Below are positions 62,505 to 64,000 of a stretch of 64,000 nucleotides of DNA, piece by piece (position 1 is the first letter of the stretch; every line of letters starts with the position of its first letter). Source of the stretch: Hydrolagus colliei (Eukaryota); NCBI GenBank assembly GCA_035084275.1, contig CM068749.1, positions 10,230,001-10,294,000 on the forward strand, in the 5' to 3' direction. The notes beneath the pieces are model-generated. The model was not told the DNA's origin and did not search any database. It worked only from the letters and a program-made list of their open reading frames with translations. A program made the position numbers and the translations under genes.

Positions 62505-62575
62505 AACAACAACAACAACAACTTTGATTTATATAGCACCCTCCACGCCGGACGGCGTCTCAGAGCGCTTTATAA
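62505..62575 (-). mobile_element. Very short L2 tail insertion
   Basis: (AAC)n...CTCCACGCCGGACGGCGTCTCAGAGCGCTT matches the reverse complement of about 27010-27040. Confidence 0.85.
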
Positions 62576-62780
62576 ACACAGCACTGAGGCCAAAAAATGC
62601 CCGAGCTCCACCCACAGAGCTGGGACCAGCTACGCCGGGAACTATAAGCCTCTGTTCCAAACTTCAGGAGATTTGCCCGACATCTGAAAAAAATTTATAC
62701 CGTAAGTTTTTTTGAAATCTTGCCGGTTTTAGGGAGTTACCAGCTTTCGCAATGTCGGATTATCAAGATTTTATTGTACT

Positions 62781-63010
62781 AATAATCCTTACATTTGATA
62801 AAAAGATAGGGCGGGTAAATCAAATTAGGGTAGAAGATCAGCCATGATCCTATCAAATGGCTGGGCAGGCTCGAGTGGCCAAATGGCCTACTCTTGCTCC
62901 TATGTCTTATGTTCTTATATCACTTTTCATGTCGTTGAGGCATCTTAAAATGATTACATTTCATATACTGTTGCTATAAAGTGGTGTGACTATTTTGCGG
63001 GCAAATCCCA
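62781..63010. mobile_element. CR1 3' end (+, about 62801-62917) nested in a SINE tail (-)
   Basis: GATCAGCCATGATC...AATGGCCTACTCTTGCTCCTATGTCTTATGTTCTTA between AATCCTTACATTTGATA and TATCACTTTTCA. Confidence 0.75.
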
Positions 63011-63278
63011 CAATGTGGAAAGATTGGTTTAATTGAAATGCAGATTTTGAAATGCTGATGCTAAGTCGATTCCTGGGCACTGTGTGGACACCAGCTTTGT
63101 TGGCATTTACCTGTCTCTTTTGACTTTGGCATTTTATGCAGCCAAGACAGGTATGTGTATGATTTCTAACCGATTGTTCAATAATTGTATCTTAAAAACA
63201 AATGCAAGCTCATAGCTTGAGCTACAACAATGCTGCCACATTGCTGATCCATTACATGATTTTGTCATTTGTCTTCAG

Positions 63279-63301
63279 GTGTGACCCTGACCTTTCAAAT
63301 G
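63279..63301 (+). CDS. Candidate 23-nt micro-exon (G-VTLTFQM) ending in ATG
   Basis: Acceptor TTTTGTCATTTGTCTTCAG| and donor ATG|GTAAGT are both near consensus. Confidence 0.35.
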
Positions 63302-64000
63302 GTAAGTCTGAGACGGAGATTACATTGATGCAGAAATAATTTGGCATGAAGAGAGTACACTTGAAATAACCAGAGTGGGATGCTGTATTATACACAGCTA
63401 GGAGACTGAACCCAGCCAGGAGCACAATTGATGAATGCAGGTAGCTCCAGTGGTTTAATATGTATCAATATGATCCTTTAACTGGTTGACTCATCATCAT
63501 TCACTAATCGAAACTGTATGAGGCAGCAATACCAAAGGCAGAAAGGGTTCTGATCTATGTTTGCTAAATCATCCCCAGATGTGTCGTGCTTTGATCTGAA
63601 TGCACGCACAGTATTACTGCAGATCTGTTCAGCGTGGAATAAGGGGGTGCTGCCCACACCCAACAGGCAACAGAAGAAACCAACCAGGATTATCCATCAA
63701 CAATGTTAGAGGAATGAGCCTATAATAATTGTTACTTTTCATATAGTGCCTCGTCACATCATTAAGATGTCTCAAAAGTGCTTCATAGGATTTCACTGTA
63801 AAGTGTAGAGACTGTAATTTGCAGCGGAGGGGATGTTGATATTTGCTGTGAATGACGAGCAAAGTCTGTTGTGAGAGAGTGCCATCCCTTTCAAATTTTA
63901 AGTTACATTAGGTTGAGATGAATAGTGAAGGTCGTGGGCTGTATTTTTTTGCCTACAAATACTGTCACTTCATTTTGCAATATATCCCGTGAAGCAGTTT

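Overview
AT-rich vertebrate genomic DNA, most likely from a cartilaginous fish (inferred from SacSINE1-like Deu-domain SINEs, L2 LINEs with (GTT)n tails and CR1 LINEs with 8-nt tail repeats). The only complete protein-coding ORF is an intact APOBEC4 cytidine-deaminase-family gene on the minus strand (32228-33292, 354 aa; H92-P-E94 and P-C126-x6-C133). By human synteny and the presence of a 27-nt phase-0 first exon (MECLLLDCQ, 9566-9592) ending like the RALGDS MMVDCQ exon, APOBEC4 appears to lie antisense inside a very long 5' intron of RGL1. I found no common RGL1 exon in the window; three weaker candidate alternative 5' exons lie near 41.5, 61.3 and 63.3 kb. The rest is intronic DNA dense in SINE, L2 and CR1 fragments, often nested. 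Notable extras: an L2 3' end forming the start of the APOBEC4 3' UTR, an overlapping uORF and an RFX/forkhead motif pair upstream of APOBEC4, a perfect 50-bp spacerless palindrome, a three-copy palindromic repeat carrying kappaB-like motifs, two exact local duplications (101 bp and 50 bp), and covarying 3' stem-loops in three retroelement tail families. There are no prokaryotic features, CRISPR arrays or true tRNA genes. Repeat boundaries were read by eye and are approximate (about +/-20 nt); family names are by recalled similarity, not database search.
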